The notes beneath the pieces are model-generated. The model worked only from the letters and a program-made list of their open reading frames with translations, was not told the origin of the DNA and searched no databases. The translations under genes and the position numbers were made by a program. From IMG/VR virus record IMGVR_UViG_3300045421_000607, positions 1 through 56,631 of that record: a stretch of 56,631 nt of DNA; one strand, written 5' to 3'. This document shows, one piece after another, positions 1 to 10,131 of this stretch; positions within the stretch are counted from its first letter, which is position 1, and each line of letters opens with the position of its first letter. This DNA is from a virus. Taxonomy: Duplodnaviria; Caudoviricetes.

Positions 1-354
1 GCTCAAGGAGTATCTGTGCCAATAGCAAGTTATGCTACTAACGCAGGATTTGCTAGTCAAGCTGGATTTGCTCAACAAGCCCAATATGCTACAATCGCAG
101 GATATGCTACTAACGCAGGATATGCTAATCAAGCTGGATCTGCGCAATCATTAGCTCCAGGAGTATTTGTGTCAGTAGCAAGTTATGCTACTAACGCAGG
201 ATTTGCTAGTCAAGCTGGATTTGCTCAACAAGCCCAATATGCTACAATCGCAGGATATGCTACTAACGCAGGAAGCATATCGGGTCAAAGTGTAACGACT
301 AGACAAATTAATGTATGTAACCTTGGGCAAATAACGTTTTATACGAAAAACTAA
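1..354 (+). CDS. C-terminal part of a repeat-rich virion/tail-fibre-like protein (5' end outside the window)
   Basis: Frame is open from base 1 (AQGVSVPIASY...). A-x-x-A-G repeats (SYATNAGFASQAG) are typical of phage tail proteins. Confidence 0.6.
   Translation, partial: AQGVSVPIASYATNAGFASQAGFAQQAQYATIAGYATNAGYANQAGSAQSLAPGVFVSVASYATNAGFASQAGFAQQAQYATIAGYATNAGSISGQSVTTRQINVCNLGQITFYTKN
23..273 (+). repeat. Exact 98-nt direct repeat (23-120 and 176-273), period 153 nt / 51 aa
   Basis: tagcaagttatgctactaacgcagg...tactaacgcagga read twice in the sequence. Confidence 0.95.
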
Positions 355-1229
355 AAATTATCTTTTATTAAAAAATCTATTTTTTCTTTTACCATCTCAA
401 ATGATATTTTTTTAGAACATTCAAAAATGTCTTCTGTACCCTTTTTTCTGGGGCACCATAGCCAGTCACTTCTATCAAATCCATGCTCTTCCCAACAATT
501 TGTGCAGACATTTTTATTTATAACTCTATATGGTGTATAAAATTCAATCTTAGGATCTGTGAATCCACCTATCATTATGGTTGGTTTGTTTAGTGCCCAA
601 GAAAGCCATGATAAACCCGAACATAAACCAATAAAAAAAGAGCAATGCAATAAATCCGTGATTCTATCATGAAGAGTAAAATTTCCTTTATCTGAAGTTT
701 TATCTATTACATTCTTATGGACCCCGTGAAACATATTATGCTCAAGACTTCCATACGTTGAGTGTTGGTCTATACATACTACTTCATATCCTAAATTTCT
801 TAAATAAAAAATTGTTTGATCCCAGCCAGTAGGATTATTCCAAAACTTAGCTTGACAAGTACTTTTCGCTCCAATACAAACATAAGGGCGATTAAAATTG
901 CTTTTTTTATTTTTAATGTAAATTTTTGGCCTCAGGTCTCCAATATAATCTATTCCTAAAGAAACAGCTGCTAGATGTTGAAGTGGTAGGTGTCTTTCTC
1001 TATTATATGGATATCCACATATAGTAGTTGTGTTTAGCATATCTTTTGAATTTTTCTCAAGAAAATGTATATTATCATACATTGGGGCAAAGATTTCTGA
1101 ATTATTAATTTTGCAAAAAACATTTTTTTTAGTTTGCTGCTGATATGAATCAATATATGGCACCCAAGCTATAGAATCTCCTAAACCTGCTTGTCCATTA
1201 ATTTGTATATTTGATTCTTTGGTATTCAT
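351..1229 (-). CDS. Autotransporter O-heptosyltransferase-like (Aah/TibC family, GT-B)
   Basis: GLGDSIAW, STCQAKFWNNPTGW, FIGLCSGLSWLSWA and C-terminal CxxCW...WCP...FECSK iron-finger cysteines. Confidence 0.8.
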   Translation of the reverse strand: MNTKESNIQINGQAGLGDSIAWVPYIDSYQQQTKKNVFCKINNSEIFAPMYDNIHFLEKNSKDMLNTTTICGYPYNRERHLPLQHLAAVSLGIDYIGDLRPKIYIKNKKSNFNRPYVCIGAKSTCQAKFWNNPTGWDQTIFYLRNLGYEVVCIDQHSTYGSLEHNMFHGVHKNVIDKTSDKGNFTLHDRITDLLHCSFFIGLCSGLSWLSWALNKPTIMIGGFTDPKIEFYTPYRVINKNVCTNCWEEHGFDRSDWLWCPRKKGTEDIFECSKKISFEMVKEKIDFLIKDNF

Positions 1230-2035
1230 AGAAACTTAGATAAAAATGGACATTTACTCTCATAAATTTTATTAACATTTTCTCTTTGTTTTTTTCTTGA
1301 GGGTATAAAAGACGTTCTAATTGATGGAATTATTGATTTTTCTGCTTTTTCTTCTTGTTTAGATATTTCTCTAACAGAGAATTCTATATTTTCATTAAGA
1401 TTGATTGGCAACATCTTCACTATAGATATTCCTGCTGGAAAAAAAACGCTACTCCCGGCTTTTTTATGTATTTGTAAATTAATATTTAGATGTCTTCCAT
1501 ATTGAGGATTCCATATCCCTGGAACAGCTGAAAACCAAGGATTATCTGAGTAAAAAACCGGCAGCAATAAGAACGCCCATCCTTTTGACATTTTAGCTCT
1601 CCAGGGAGTAACGATTTTAACTATTGTTGGAAAAGTGTCTTCTCTAGAAGTACAAAAAGCGGGAAATTGATTTGCTGTGTGAAATTGTATTTCCGGTTCA
1701 ATAAGTTTAGCGTTTTCATTAAAAAATGATAACTGATTAGGCTGGTGCCATTTAAAGGATCCATCAGGATTTAGAAATAATGATATGTCTTGCCAGGTTT
1801 TTAAATGAAAACCAAGATCCATTACGCCTCTGATGCCTGGGCATTTTTCTATAGAAAATCTAGACGCAGTAGGCACTTTATTTTCTTCTAGCCATTGCTT
1901 TGAATTTGCAGCGTGTTCTTTTACCCATTTTGGTAGTGGTTCTTTTCTAGCATAAATCGGTGGATTTATCTTTTCTAAGCCTTGACAAATATTGTAAAAT
2001 TCTATTTTAGGTTTTTTTTTAAAATTAAAAAACAT
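1226..2035 (-). CDS. Conserved phage hypothetical protein (beta-rich, CPG...GF / KIVTPW type)
   Basis: 269-aa ORF in the operon; function not recognised. Confidence 0.6.
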   Translation of the reverse strand: MFFNFKKKPKIEFYNICQGLEKINPPIYARKEPLPKWVKEHAANSKQWLEENKVPTASRFSIEKCPGIRGVMDLGFHLKTWQDISLFLNPDGSFKWHQPNQLSFFNENAKLIEPEIQFHTANQFPAFCTSREDTFPTIVKIVTPWRAKMSKGWAFLLLPVFYSDNPWFSAVPGIWNPQYGRHLNINLQIHKKAGSSVFFPAGISIVKMLPINLNENIEFSVREISKQEEKAEKSIIPSIRTSFIPSRKKQRENVNKIYESKCPFLSKFL

Positions 2036-2223
2036 TATTTTGTTAAAACTTTTGGGTCAAATAAAGAGATTACTTTATTCATTTCTGGTACCTCGGCTCC
2101 TTTTAAATCTGCCCTAGCCAAATATTTAAAAAGTAGCTCTAATTCTCTTCTGGAGATTTTTACGTTAAAAACCTCATCTTCTTGCTGCCTGACATTGTCT
2201 TGATTATCATTTTGAGTTGTCAT
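2035..2223 (-). CDS. Small hypothetical protein
   Basis: 62-aa ORF overlapping both neighbours in the operon. Confidence 0.6.
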   Translation of the reverse strand: MTTQNDNQDNVRQQEDEVFNVKISRRELELLFKYLARADLKGAEVPEMNKVISLFDPKVLTK

Positions 2224-2992
2224 ATTTTTTTATCCTTTCTATGAGTTCGAATATTTTATTCTTTGGTATGTCCCGTAAAGAAGATATACCATCTATATTC
2301 TCTTTGAGAAGCTTATTTTTTAAAATATTAAATGTAATATTTTTTTCTTTCATGAGTTTATCTAATAAATTATAAGGAGAAGTTGGATTTTCTACAAAAG
2401 TATTTTCTTCTATAATTTTAGCGTCTCCAAGTTCTTCCTGACCGACAATATTAATCTTTAAGAAATTTCTCACACACCTAACAAAAGCTCTATTCTCTGC
2501 AATTGCTGCTAAAAAGTACCTAGCAAAACTTTTTGTATTATTAATAGATGCATCCGCTAAAGACTCAAAAGATATTTCTCTATTCGCTGTTTCATAATTT
2601 GGAATCCAGGTTATTCTACAGGATGTTGCAAAATAGCCATCTGATGCCGCCACTACGTTATAAGTTACATTCGTGTAGCCTCTAATTTGAGCCAACTCCT
2701 TGATGCCTCCCAATAAAATAAGAAGGTCTTTATCATCTAGCTTTGAAACATCTGTTTCTTGGGTCTTTTGTCTATTTGGCACTAGATATTGAGGCTTGAC
2801 CATTCCTCTCCAGTTAATCGTGCCGTCTTCGTTGTATATATAGCTTACATCATGATTATTAATAAGGCCATATTTATTTCTTGAAAAGATTTTGCTTGGT
2901 ATATTACATTCTTCCGGCAAACTCATATAAGATTGGATAACATTGTCTCCAGATCCTTTAATATCTATAGATTTGGTAGAGTCTTCGAGCAT
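2207..2992 (-). CDS. Putative single-strand annealing protein (Rad52/Sak-like)
   Basis: ESLADAS...AIAENRAFVRCVR...VGQEEL resembles the SSAP core helix; has its own sigma70 promoter. Confidence 0.45.
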   Translation of the reverse strand: MLEDSTKSIDIKGSGDNVIQSYMSLPEECNIPSKIFSRNKYGLINNHDVSYIYNEDGTINWRGMVKPQYLVPNRQKTQETDVSKLDDKDLLILLGGIKELAQIRGYTNVTYNVVAASDGYFATSCRITWIPNYETANREISFESLADASINNTKSFARYFLAAIAENRAFVRCVRNFLKINIVGQEELGDAKIIEENTFVENPTSPYNLLDKLMKEKNITFNILKNKLLKENIDGISSLRDIPKNKIFELIERIKKYDNSK

Positions 2993-2998
2993 AAATAA

Positions 2999-3027
2999 AT
3001 TATATATTAAATATAATTACTTGTCAA
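2999..3027 (-). promoter_or_regulatory. sigma70-type promoter TTGACA-17-TATAAT, ATG 6 nt downstream of the -10
   Basis: Perfect consensus on the minus strand upstream of ATG 2992. Confidence 0.85.
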
Positions 3028-4150
3028 TAGAATATATATATAGATTCTCGTATTCTCTAGAAGAGATATCTTTCAGGAAAAGAGGCGGATTATTTATTGG
3101 TATATTTTTTTGCCAGTGATATTTTGTGCTAAATAAACCTTTCGAACTTGCCAGCACCCTTGAAGATTTAAACCAGAGATTATCCTTGCCTATTAAATCT
3201 TCTGATATTTTATTAGTTTGCTTTCTGTGAATAAGGCCAAGATCGAGATAATTTAATTTAAATTTATTTAAAATATCTTCTGGTAAATAAGAAATAATTT
3301 CATATTTTATTCCTAAGCTTTTAATATTCATAACAAATGTTGGGTCGTTTTGTTCGTCTATTTCGTATATTATTTGAATGATATTATTCCTATGCTTCAA
3401 TAAAAGATCTACGTTAATATTTTTATTTGTAATTATTATAGATCTTTTAGTAGATAAAAATGAAGCTAGCGATTCTTCATTAAATAAGTAATCCATTCTA
3501 ATAATAAGATTTGAAATTTGTTGTGGAGTAATAAAAAAGCCATCTGGTATAATCTCAAAAGTCTTATTTATATAGCTATCTCCAATATATTCTGTTTTAA
3601 TTTTCGCAGGGGGTTGTAAATTTATTAGATCTAATATTTTAAAAGCTATTTCCTCTGGTTTTATTTCATTTATTGCATCAGATTCAATTAGATTGTACGT
3701 CGGTTTGGTGTGTTCTTGCAAATAAATATTTACAATATTTAAATCTTCAGACCAGTATGGTCTTTTATTCTCAGGAGGAAAGTCTCCATATACCGTTACA
3801 ATTTTTTTGCCATAAAAAGATGCAACGTCTGCGTGAAATCCATCCACACCAAAATAAATAATTGAATTTTTAATTAGATAAGCTTTGCTTCTATAGTCTA
3901 CCTCTCTCGGTATAGAGAAGCAATTATTTAACTTTTCTCCGTTTAATTGTAAAACTTTTATACCTTCTTTTTCTAGAATTGGATTTATTATCTCTATGAC
4001 TTCTTGCCAAAATTTATATTTTTGTCTATTATTATTTTCTGGACTAAATGAGATATATTTTTGAAATGGTAGAGGAAAAAAAACATCAAAAATAAATGGT
4101 TTCCTGATCTGCGCCCCAGAATTAATTGCGTATTGTTCTAAAATATGCAT
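3017..4150 (-). CDS. GT9-like glycosyltransferase domain protein
   Basis: YFGVDGFHADVASFYGKKIVTVYG resembles the GT9 G-x-D-S/G...A...G motif. Confidence 0.55.
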   Translation of the reverse strand: MHILEQYAINSGAQIRKPFIFDVFFPLPFQKYISFSPENNNRQKYKFWQEVIEIINPILEKEGIKVLQLNGEKLNNCFSIPREVDYRSKAYLIKNSIIYFGVDGFHADVASFYGKKIVTVYGDFPPENKRPYWSEDLNIVNIYLQEHTKPTYNLIESDAINEIKPEEIAFKILDLINLQPPAKIKTEYIGDSYINKTFEIIPDGFFITPQQISNLIIRMDYLFNEESLASFLSTKRSIIITNKNINVDLLLKHRNNIIQIIYEIDEQNDPTFVMNIKSLGIKYEIISYLPEDILNKFKLNYLDLGLIHRKQTNKISEDLIGKDNLWFKSSRVLASSKGLFSTKYHWQKNIPINNPPLFLKDISSREYENLYIYSIDK

Positions 4151-4208
4151 ATATTAATTATATTTGTCTATTAATTCTCCAACGGAAATTTCACAAAATA
4201 AACTCATA

Positions 4209-6128
4209 TTAAAAATCTTTTATATTGAAAGCTAATTTATCTTTTCCGTTATGAGTATATAAAATAGCTCTTTGAGAAGATAAATGAGGAATAAATGCTA
4301 AGTCAAAATATCCTTTATGAGGCCCATACCCTTCGAGCCATAGTGGATTATCCATTTGAGAAAAATATTGTATAACCTTGTGAATGAATGGATTACCCTC
4401 TAATATTGAAAAGAATTCTGGCTTAGTGGCAAAATATAAATAGTGGTCTGGATAATTATTTTTTATAGACTCTAGAAGAGAAGTAGAAAGAAAAATGTCT
4501 TCTTCATTTTCAGGCATAACAAATAAAATTCTTTTTGAGGGGTCTATTTGGTCGTTTAAAATTTTATTAAAATCAATATTTCCATCTTTTTGATTTTCTT
4601 GAAGTGCTACCTTCCGAAAATAATTTTCTATAGCAATTCTTGGCGTCCCCTTCTTTATTTCTTCCATCCAATATTTATGCCCATCATCCTGCTCATTAAC
4701 TTCTGGTCTTTTTAAGATATTTGTGTACATATATATTAACCATTCTGTATCGTCTTTTATGTCTGGGATCTGAAAGTAAGGATCTTTTTGAAGCTCTTCG
4801 AGTGTAAAGTCTGATTTTAGAAAAGGCGCAGAATCAATAAATTTTTCTATTTTTTCTCCTATAACTTCTACAGAATAATTTTTTATTGTCCATTCTCTCG
4901 CTTTTTTGCCCAGCTCTTCCCTTTTGTGTTTAGGCATAAGATATACTTTATTTAATTGTTTTGCTATAGAATTTGGTTTTGTAGAAGCTTTTATAAATTC
5001 TGTTCCGTGCTCCCTGTATTCGCTCCATTCTAAAGGCAAAGAGCAAGCTTCTTCACAACACATTTCTTCGCCACAAGAATAATTTGTGACTAAAGTAATT
5101 AATTCGGTTAATTTAGCTTCTTGAATTGGTATTTCCTGCCCTCCACTAGTAAATGGATGGCAATATACATCCATGAGGTTATAAATCTCATTTAATTGCT
5201 CCTCTGTAACGCCTAAAGATACGCTGGTTGTAGATTGACATTTTTCGCACCGGCAATAAGGGCAAGATACATCTTCTCCAACAAATTGTTTCACTTCATA
5301 TTTACCGCATTGACCACATGTATAAGTGGTCAAAATTTCTCTAGGATCTAATTCATATTCTTTTGTTAATTTTGGAATATTCCATCCTTCTTTCCACGAA
5401 GTATGCAAAAATAAAAATGTATTTTTTATTTTAGGATTTGATCTTTTCCATAAAGCATATCCTTCTAAGAGGTTGGGGACGCTTTTACGCAATTGATTTC
5501 TAAATACAAATCCTATTATAAATGATTCTTGATCTATATTATGCCTAGATCTTAGCGCTTTTTTTTCATTTTGAGTCAGCTTAAAAAATTTATCTGTTTC
5601 TATGGGCCCATGGATCGTCTCAACATGAGCATGACCTAGCCTATGAAGGTTCTTTGCCGCAAAGTCGCTCCAAATCCAATAATTTTTAATTTTGTCAGCT
5701 TTTTCAACCGCAGATGGAAGTATGGGCAATGAGTCCAAAGTTGTCCATAAAGCTGTTGTTATTTGATTAAACCATTTCTTTTCAATGGCAAAATCTATTC
5801 CCCATATGTCTTGGGCCGCAATATATACATCAGGCTTGATTTCGTTTATGACTTTATCTATCAGATGCGCTCCGTAGCTTGCCATTCTAAAGTTAGAAGG
5901 GTCTTTATTTAATTCTTCTAAATCAGATCTTGAGTTAGGAAGCGTACCCAAAGATTTCCATGGCGTTCTTGATAATTCTGGATGATTATAAGTTAATCCA
6001 CAGCAATAATGTATAATTTCGTATTTACTTGTGTTATACAAATATTTTAGTAACGCTTTTGATGCCCTGCCAAAACCGGTCTTTGCAAGACTAAAATCAG
6101 ATTGATATAGTAACTTCTTTTTTTTCAC
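4209..6128 (-). CDS. GT4-family glycosyltransferase with CxxC insert and a C-terminal GT9-like N-domain
   Basis: KTGFGR, RNQLRK, YNLMDVYCHPFTSGGQEIPIQEAK (GT4 E-x7-E region); two CxxC pairs; C-terminal DIFLSTSLL...ILEGNPFI. Confidence 0.75.
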   Translation of the reverse strand: MKKKKLLYQSDFSLAKTGFGRASKALLKYLYNTSKYEIIHYCCGLTYNHPELSRTPWKSLGTLPNSRSDLEELNKDPSNFRMASYGAHLIDKVINEIKPDVYIAAQDIWGIDFAIEKKWFNQITTALWTTLDSLPILPSAVEKADKIKNYWIWSDFAAKNLHRLGHAHVETIHGPIETDKFFKLTQNEKKALRSRHNIDQESFIIGFVFRNQLRKSVPNLLEGYALWKRSNPKIKNTFLFLHTSWKEGWNIPKLTKEYELDPREILTTYTCGQCGKYEVKQFVGEDVSCPYCRCEKCQSTTSVSLGVTEEQLNEIYNLMDVYCHPFTSGGQEIPIQEAKLTELITLVTNYSCGEEMCCEEACSLPLEWSEYREHGTEFIKASTKPNSIAKQLNKVYLMPKHKREELGKKAREWTIKNYSVEVIGEKIEKFIDSAPFLKSDFTLEELQKDPYFQIPDIKDDTEWLIYMYTNILKRPEVNEQDDGHKYWMEEIKKGTPRIAIENYFRKVALQENQKDGNIDFNKILNDQIDPSKRILFVMPENEEDIFLSTSLLESIKNNYPDHYLYFATKPEFFSILEGNPFIHKVIQYFSQMDNPLWLEGYGPHKGYFDLAFIPHLSSQRAILYTHNGKDKLAFNIKDF

Positions 6129-6131
6129 TTA

Positions 6132-6680
6132 TCACCAAAGGTCGCCCTCTTCAGGGCCTTCAGCTTTTTCTGTAGATTTATCTTGATCTTTAGGACTATT
6201 TTTTAATTTTTTAATTATTTCGATTCTTTGAGATTCAAACACAGAGCCCAAAGCGTATTGCAAAAACTCTTTAAGAAGTCTGGCTTCATTAAAATAAAAA
6301 CCTATTAGGTAAGATTGCTTGTTTTCGCTATTTTGCTTGTCTGTTTTATTTACGATATAAGAGAAACCTACTTGTTTATCGTCTCTAATATATGGACTAA
6401 GTTTAATTTGGGTAGATTGTTTTTCTGAACTATGATACGCAGAAAATTCGGTATTTCTTTCTAGTGCATCAAGTAGTCCGGCGGCCTCTGTAAGCGCAAA
6501 TTTAATTTTTACGCTTTTATTAGGATTATTTTGATTTTCAGAGAATGATCCTATTTTTTTTGCATCATTCCAAGAGCTCTGTTTAATTAATGAGCTCCAA
6601 ATTGATTCGTCCTTTGAATTGACTGAGAAGCTACACGCCGTCCCTGTATTTTTGCTATTAGGTTTATAAAATGATATCAT
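6132..6680 (-). CDS. Putative ssDNA-binding protein, Whirly-like fold
   Basis: SFYK..., FALTEAAGLL, EFSAYH, IKLSP, GFSYIV, SYLIG...EARLL pattern; acidic tail EGPEEGDLW; lies beside the polymerase. Confidence 0.55.
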   Translation of the reverse strand: MISFYKPNSKNTGTACSFSVNSKDESIWSSLIKQSSWNDAKKIGSFSENQNNPNKSVKIKFALTEAAGLLDALERNTEFSAYHSSEKQSTQIKLSPYIRDDKQVGFSYIVNKTDKQNSENKQSYLIGFYFNEARLLKEFLQYALGSVFESQRIEIIKKLKNSPKDQDKSTEKAEGPEEGDLW

Positions 6681-6686
6681 TTATAT

Positions 6687-6715
6687 ATATTAAAACGAAA
6701 TAAACATTTTGTCAA
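6687..6715 (-). promoter_or_regulatory. sigma70-type promoter TTGACA-17-TAATAT, ATG 6 nt downstream
   Basis: Read directly upstream of ATG 6680. Confidence 0.8.
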
Positions 6716-9282
6716 GTTTTTGTTGCACTTTTTAATTCACTTAGCTTCATATAAATTTTTTGGTCTTGAGTAGCTATAACCTCTCCAAATACTGCATTAT
6801 CTTTTTTCGTTCCCTTAACGACGACAATATTCTTTTCTTGGTAATTTTTATTATTATTTAAAGATTTATTTGTGTCAATAAAATCATTAAATAATAATGT
6901 ATCTATTGTATTTGTTTCGTCTGAGATTGTGACCCTACAAAATCTAGTTTTTCTTTCGTTCTGAGAAACCCCATTATATATATCCACTATTTCTCCAACA
7001 AAAAATACTCTTGTCCCAATTGGTGCATCCCATACTTGTTGTATTGATAGAAGGTTGTCTCTTTTGCTAGCGAAAATATCTCTTAATGTTTTTTCGTATG
7101 TATATCCTAACAGTCTTTTTTCATAATACCAATTGGCGAAGCTTTCGCTCTTACTATTTTGATTGTATATATTTAAATATGGCTCATATCTCTTTTTTAT
7201 TGTTTCAAGCCTGGAGTCTTTAATAATAACCTTATTTTTTTCATCAGTAAATTGATTTAAATATTTAATTATTCTAATTAAATCATAGTCGAACTTTTCT
7301 CCAAATAAAATAGATCGTTTTTTTTCATTTATATTTAATAAATTCCATAATTGCGCTTCTAGCACTATCTTGCTTCTTGATTGTTTAAAACCCGTTAAGG
7401 CACCAGCTTGTATCAAAGAACAAAGGACTCCAATGTTAAGATCTGCTTCTTCTGCGGCCTGGAATATTTCAAATTTATTAGAATATTTATTTCGAAAACT
7501 ATTTAGTTTTTCTATTGATTTATCAGAGATTCCTTTGACGGATAGTAAGCCAAATCTTATATCAGAATTTTCGATTGAAAAGTCCATCTCGGATTTTATA
7601 ATATGCGGTCTCAAAAGTTTTATACCAAATGCGGCCATTTCTTTTTGGATTTTGGATATTTCTCCAATAGGATCAGGTTCGTGCCTAGTCATTTTCAATA
7701 GAGATAAAAAAAACTGTTGAGGATAATTAAACTTCAAATAAACTGTACACGCAGCCAATGCTGCGTAAGCTATTGAATGGGATTTATTAAATGAATAATT
7801 CGCAGAATCTTCCAAAATTTTCCATAAAATTTGTCCAACTTCTTTTGGAAGTTTATTTTCTTCGCATTTGTTTTTGATTTTTTGTTTCCATTCTTTAATC
7901 TCTTCGGTTTTTTTCTTGCCGACAATTCTTCTTAAGATTTCGGCTTCGTCTAACGAAAAGCCTATCTTGTTTGCCATTTGCATGAGTTGCTCTTGGTATA
8001 AAGCTACTCCTCCTGTTTGTTGTAATATTTCGTCAAAAAATGGGTGTATTGCTTCATATTCTTGAGTATTTGTGTATTTTGCATATGTATCCGCAAAATC
8101 TAATGCTCCTGGTCGAGCTAAAGCCAGTACCGCGCTAAGTTCTTCTAAATTTTTAGGTTTTACTTTTTGACATACTCTAAAGTTTGTATCCGCTTCGATT
8201 TGGAATAAGCCGTGTGGATTTTTAAGATCTTGCAAAGATCTATATATGGAAGGATCATTTAGGTCTATGTTCCCAATTTTAATGCCTATTCGCTTACATA
8301 CATCGTCAACTACAGAAACACTTCTTAAACCCAAGATATCTAATTTTATATTAAAAAGCGAAACCCAACTCATATCAAAAGAAGAAACAGATTCTTTATC
8401 AGAAGAAAGTTCTGTGGGGCAAGCTTCTTCTAATCTATCGTAAGATAATAATACGCCTGATGGATGCACGCCTTTATTTTTAACTAAATTTCTTAATTTC
8501 AAAGCTATTCGATAAATTTCTTTGTTTTCGTCGCACCATTTTTTAAATTTATTAACTTCTTCGTAGGCATCTTCTATGTCTTTGACCTGTCCAAATATCT
8601 TCGGAACCATCCCAGATACTAGTGTCATTTCTTGTTCTGATTTTTCGCCAACTATTTTCCCGCATTCTTTGATTAACAATCTTCCGCTTAAGGTATTTAG
8701 CGTTAAAATCTTGCTGGTTTTGCCTTTAAATTTTTCTTCTAGGTGCTGCAATACTTTTTGCCTATTATAATAACATATATCTAGATCTACGTCGCACATT
8801 AAAGTTCCGTCAAGATACATGACTCCATTAATTTCTTGTTTTTTAGCTCTAATTTTAGATATAAATCTTTCAAAATAAAGATTATATTTTAAACTATCTA
8901 TTTGTGTGACCCCTATTAAAAATAATATTAATGATCCCGCAGCAGAACCTCTTCCTAGCCCCACTGGAATATTGTTCTCTTTGCAATAATTAATAACATA
9001 CCAAACCAAGAGTATATAATCAATGAAGCCTAAATCTTTAATTGTTTCTAGTTCGTATTTAATTCTGGTTATATAATTTTGGTGTGCCTTGGAGTCTTTA
9101 TTAAGTTTTAAACTTTTCAAACCTTTTAAAGCTAAGGATCTAAGATAGTCATAATTTGAAGCATCCTCGCTGATCCCGACCTCATGCTTGTATTTGGCGT
9201 CAATAGAGAACTCTGGAAGTCTTACTCCATGGAATGGAAGATCTATCTCGGCAAATTGATTTTTAAAGGCATCTAATTTCAT
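6712..9282 (-). CDS. dnaE: DNA polymerase III alpha catalytic subunit lacking the PHP domain
   Basis: GLGRGSAAGS, LYFERF, CDVDLD, GVHPSG, KLDILGL, YQEQLM, YSFNKSH and a C-terminal OB fold. Confidence 0.95.
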   Translation of the reverse strand: MKLDAFKNQFAEIDLPFHGVRLPEFSIDAKYKHEVGISEDASNYDYLRSLALKGLKSLKLNKDSKAHQNYITRIKYELETIKDLGFIDYILLVWYVINYCKENNIPVGLGRGSAAGSLILFLIGVTQIDSLKYNLYFERFISKIRAKKQEINGVMYLDGTLMCDVDLDICYYNRQKVLQHLEEKFKGKTSKILTLNTLSGRLLIKECGKIVGEKSEQEMTLVSGMVPKIFGQVKDIEDAYEEVNKFKKWCDENKEIYRIALKLRNLVKNKGVHPSGVLLSYDRLEEACPTELSSDKESVSSFDMSWVSLFNIKLDILGLRSVSVVDDVCKRIGIKIGNIDLNDPSIYRSLQDLKNPHGLFQIEADTNFRVCQKVKPKNLEELSAVLALARPGALDFADTYAKYTNTQEYEAIHPFFDEILQQTGGVALYQEQLMQMANKIGFSLDEAEILRRIVGKKKTEEIKEWKQKIKNKCEENKLPKEVGQILWKILEDSANYSFNKSHSIAYAALAACTVYLKFNYPQQFFLSLLKMTRHEPDPIGEISKIQKEMAAFGIKLLRPHIIKSEMDFSIENSDIRFGLLSVKGISDKSIEKLNSFRNKYSNKFEIFQAAEEADLNIGVLCSLIQAGALTGFKQSRSKIVLEAQLWNLLNINEKKRSILFGEKFDYDLIRIIKYLNQFTDEKNKVIIKDSRLETIKKRYEPYLNIYNQNSKSESFANWYYEKRLLGYTYEKTLRDIFASKRDNLLSIQQVWDAPIGTRVFFVGEIVDIYNGVSQNERKTRFCRVTISDETNTIDTLLFNDFIDTNKSLNNNKNYQEKNIVVVKGTKKDNAVFGEVIATQDQKIYMKLSELKSATKT

Positions 9283-9491
9283 TCAAATCCTTCTCCTCTA
9301 ATTCTGTCTACTTCCTTATTAAAAACCCCTAGCCCTTCTGCTAAGACTTTCAAAGAAGTTTTATCTTTTAGATTAAAAAACACATCAGCTTTTCCATTCT
9401 TCTTGCCTTTTTGAATAGTTATCAGCAAGTATTCTATGTCAGAATCTTCTATTTTTTGTATTAAATCGTATATATCGTCTAGTGAGGCCAT
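9279..9491 (-). CDS. Small hypothetical protein inside the polymerase cluster
   Basis: 70-aa ORF translationally coupled to dnaE (ATGA overlap). Confidence 0.65.
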   Translation of the reverse strand: MASLDDIYDLIQKIEDSDIEYLLITIQKGKKNGKADVFFNLKDKTSLKVLAEGLGVFNKEVDRIRGEGFE

Positions 9492-9492
9492 A

Positions 9493-10131
9493 TTATATTT
9501 CTACCTGCCATTTTAATTTATTCCATATTTTTAAATTTAAGTCAAGATCATTTAGTGCGTCGTGCAATCTTTCATAGTCATGTTCTATTCCATTTTCTTT
9601 GCCGAGAAGGGACAAAGAACTTTTTACGTCTTTTCTTCTTGTGTGATATATCTTATATTGATATTCCAAAAGGTCTTGCTTGCTTTTGTATGGAATACCA
9701 TACTTTATTCCTCTGGCTAGGCAATTTGTATCTACTACTTTATTCATAAGGTGATCCCAGTGACACCCCATTTTTTGATATAATTCTTTTATTAAATAAA
9801 TATCAAAGCCTAGTATGTTATGACCAATTATATAATCTGCGTGATCTAGCCAATCTTTTATTGTTGGAAAAACCTCTTCGATTTTTAGCCCCAATTTTTT
9901 TACTTTATTATGATCATATCTCGTTATTCTTGCTGCATCTTCACTTATTTTGAGATTCGTATCCCAATTAATGTAATAATTTTTACTATCTACTTTAGAA
10001 TCGCCTCTAGCTTTAACTAGTCCAATCTGCCAAGGAAGATTATGACAAAAATTTAAACATAAATTAAATGTTTCGCAATCTATAAGAACAAAAGTTTTGT
10101 TTTTATTATATCTTAATAAATGTTCATCCAT
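9493..10131 (-). CDS. DEDDh 3'-5' exonuclease (DnaQ/epsilon-like proofreader); start probably 10131 rather than 10170
   Basis: IDCET, GHNILGFDI, VDT and LHDALND motifs. Confidence 0.9.
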   Translation of the reverse strand: MDEHLLRYNKNKTFVLIDCETFNLCLNFCHNLPWQIGLVKARGDSKVDSKNYYINWDTNLKISEDAARITRYDHNKVKKLGLKIEEVFPTIKDWLDHADYIIGHNILGFDIYLIKELYQKMGCHWDHLMNKVVDTNCLARGIKYGIPYKSKQDLLEYQYKIYHTRRKDVKSSLSLLGKENGIEHDYERLHDALNDLDLNLKIWNKLKWQVEI

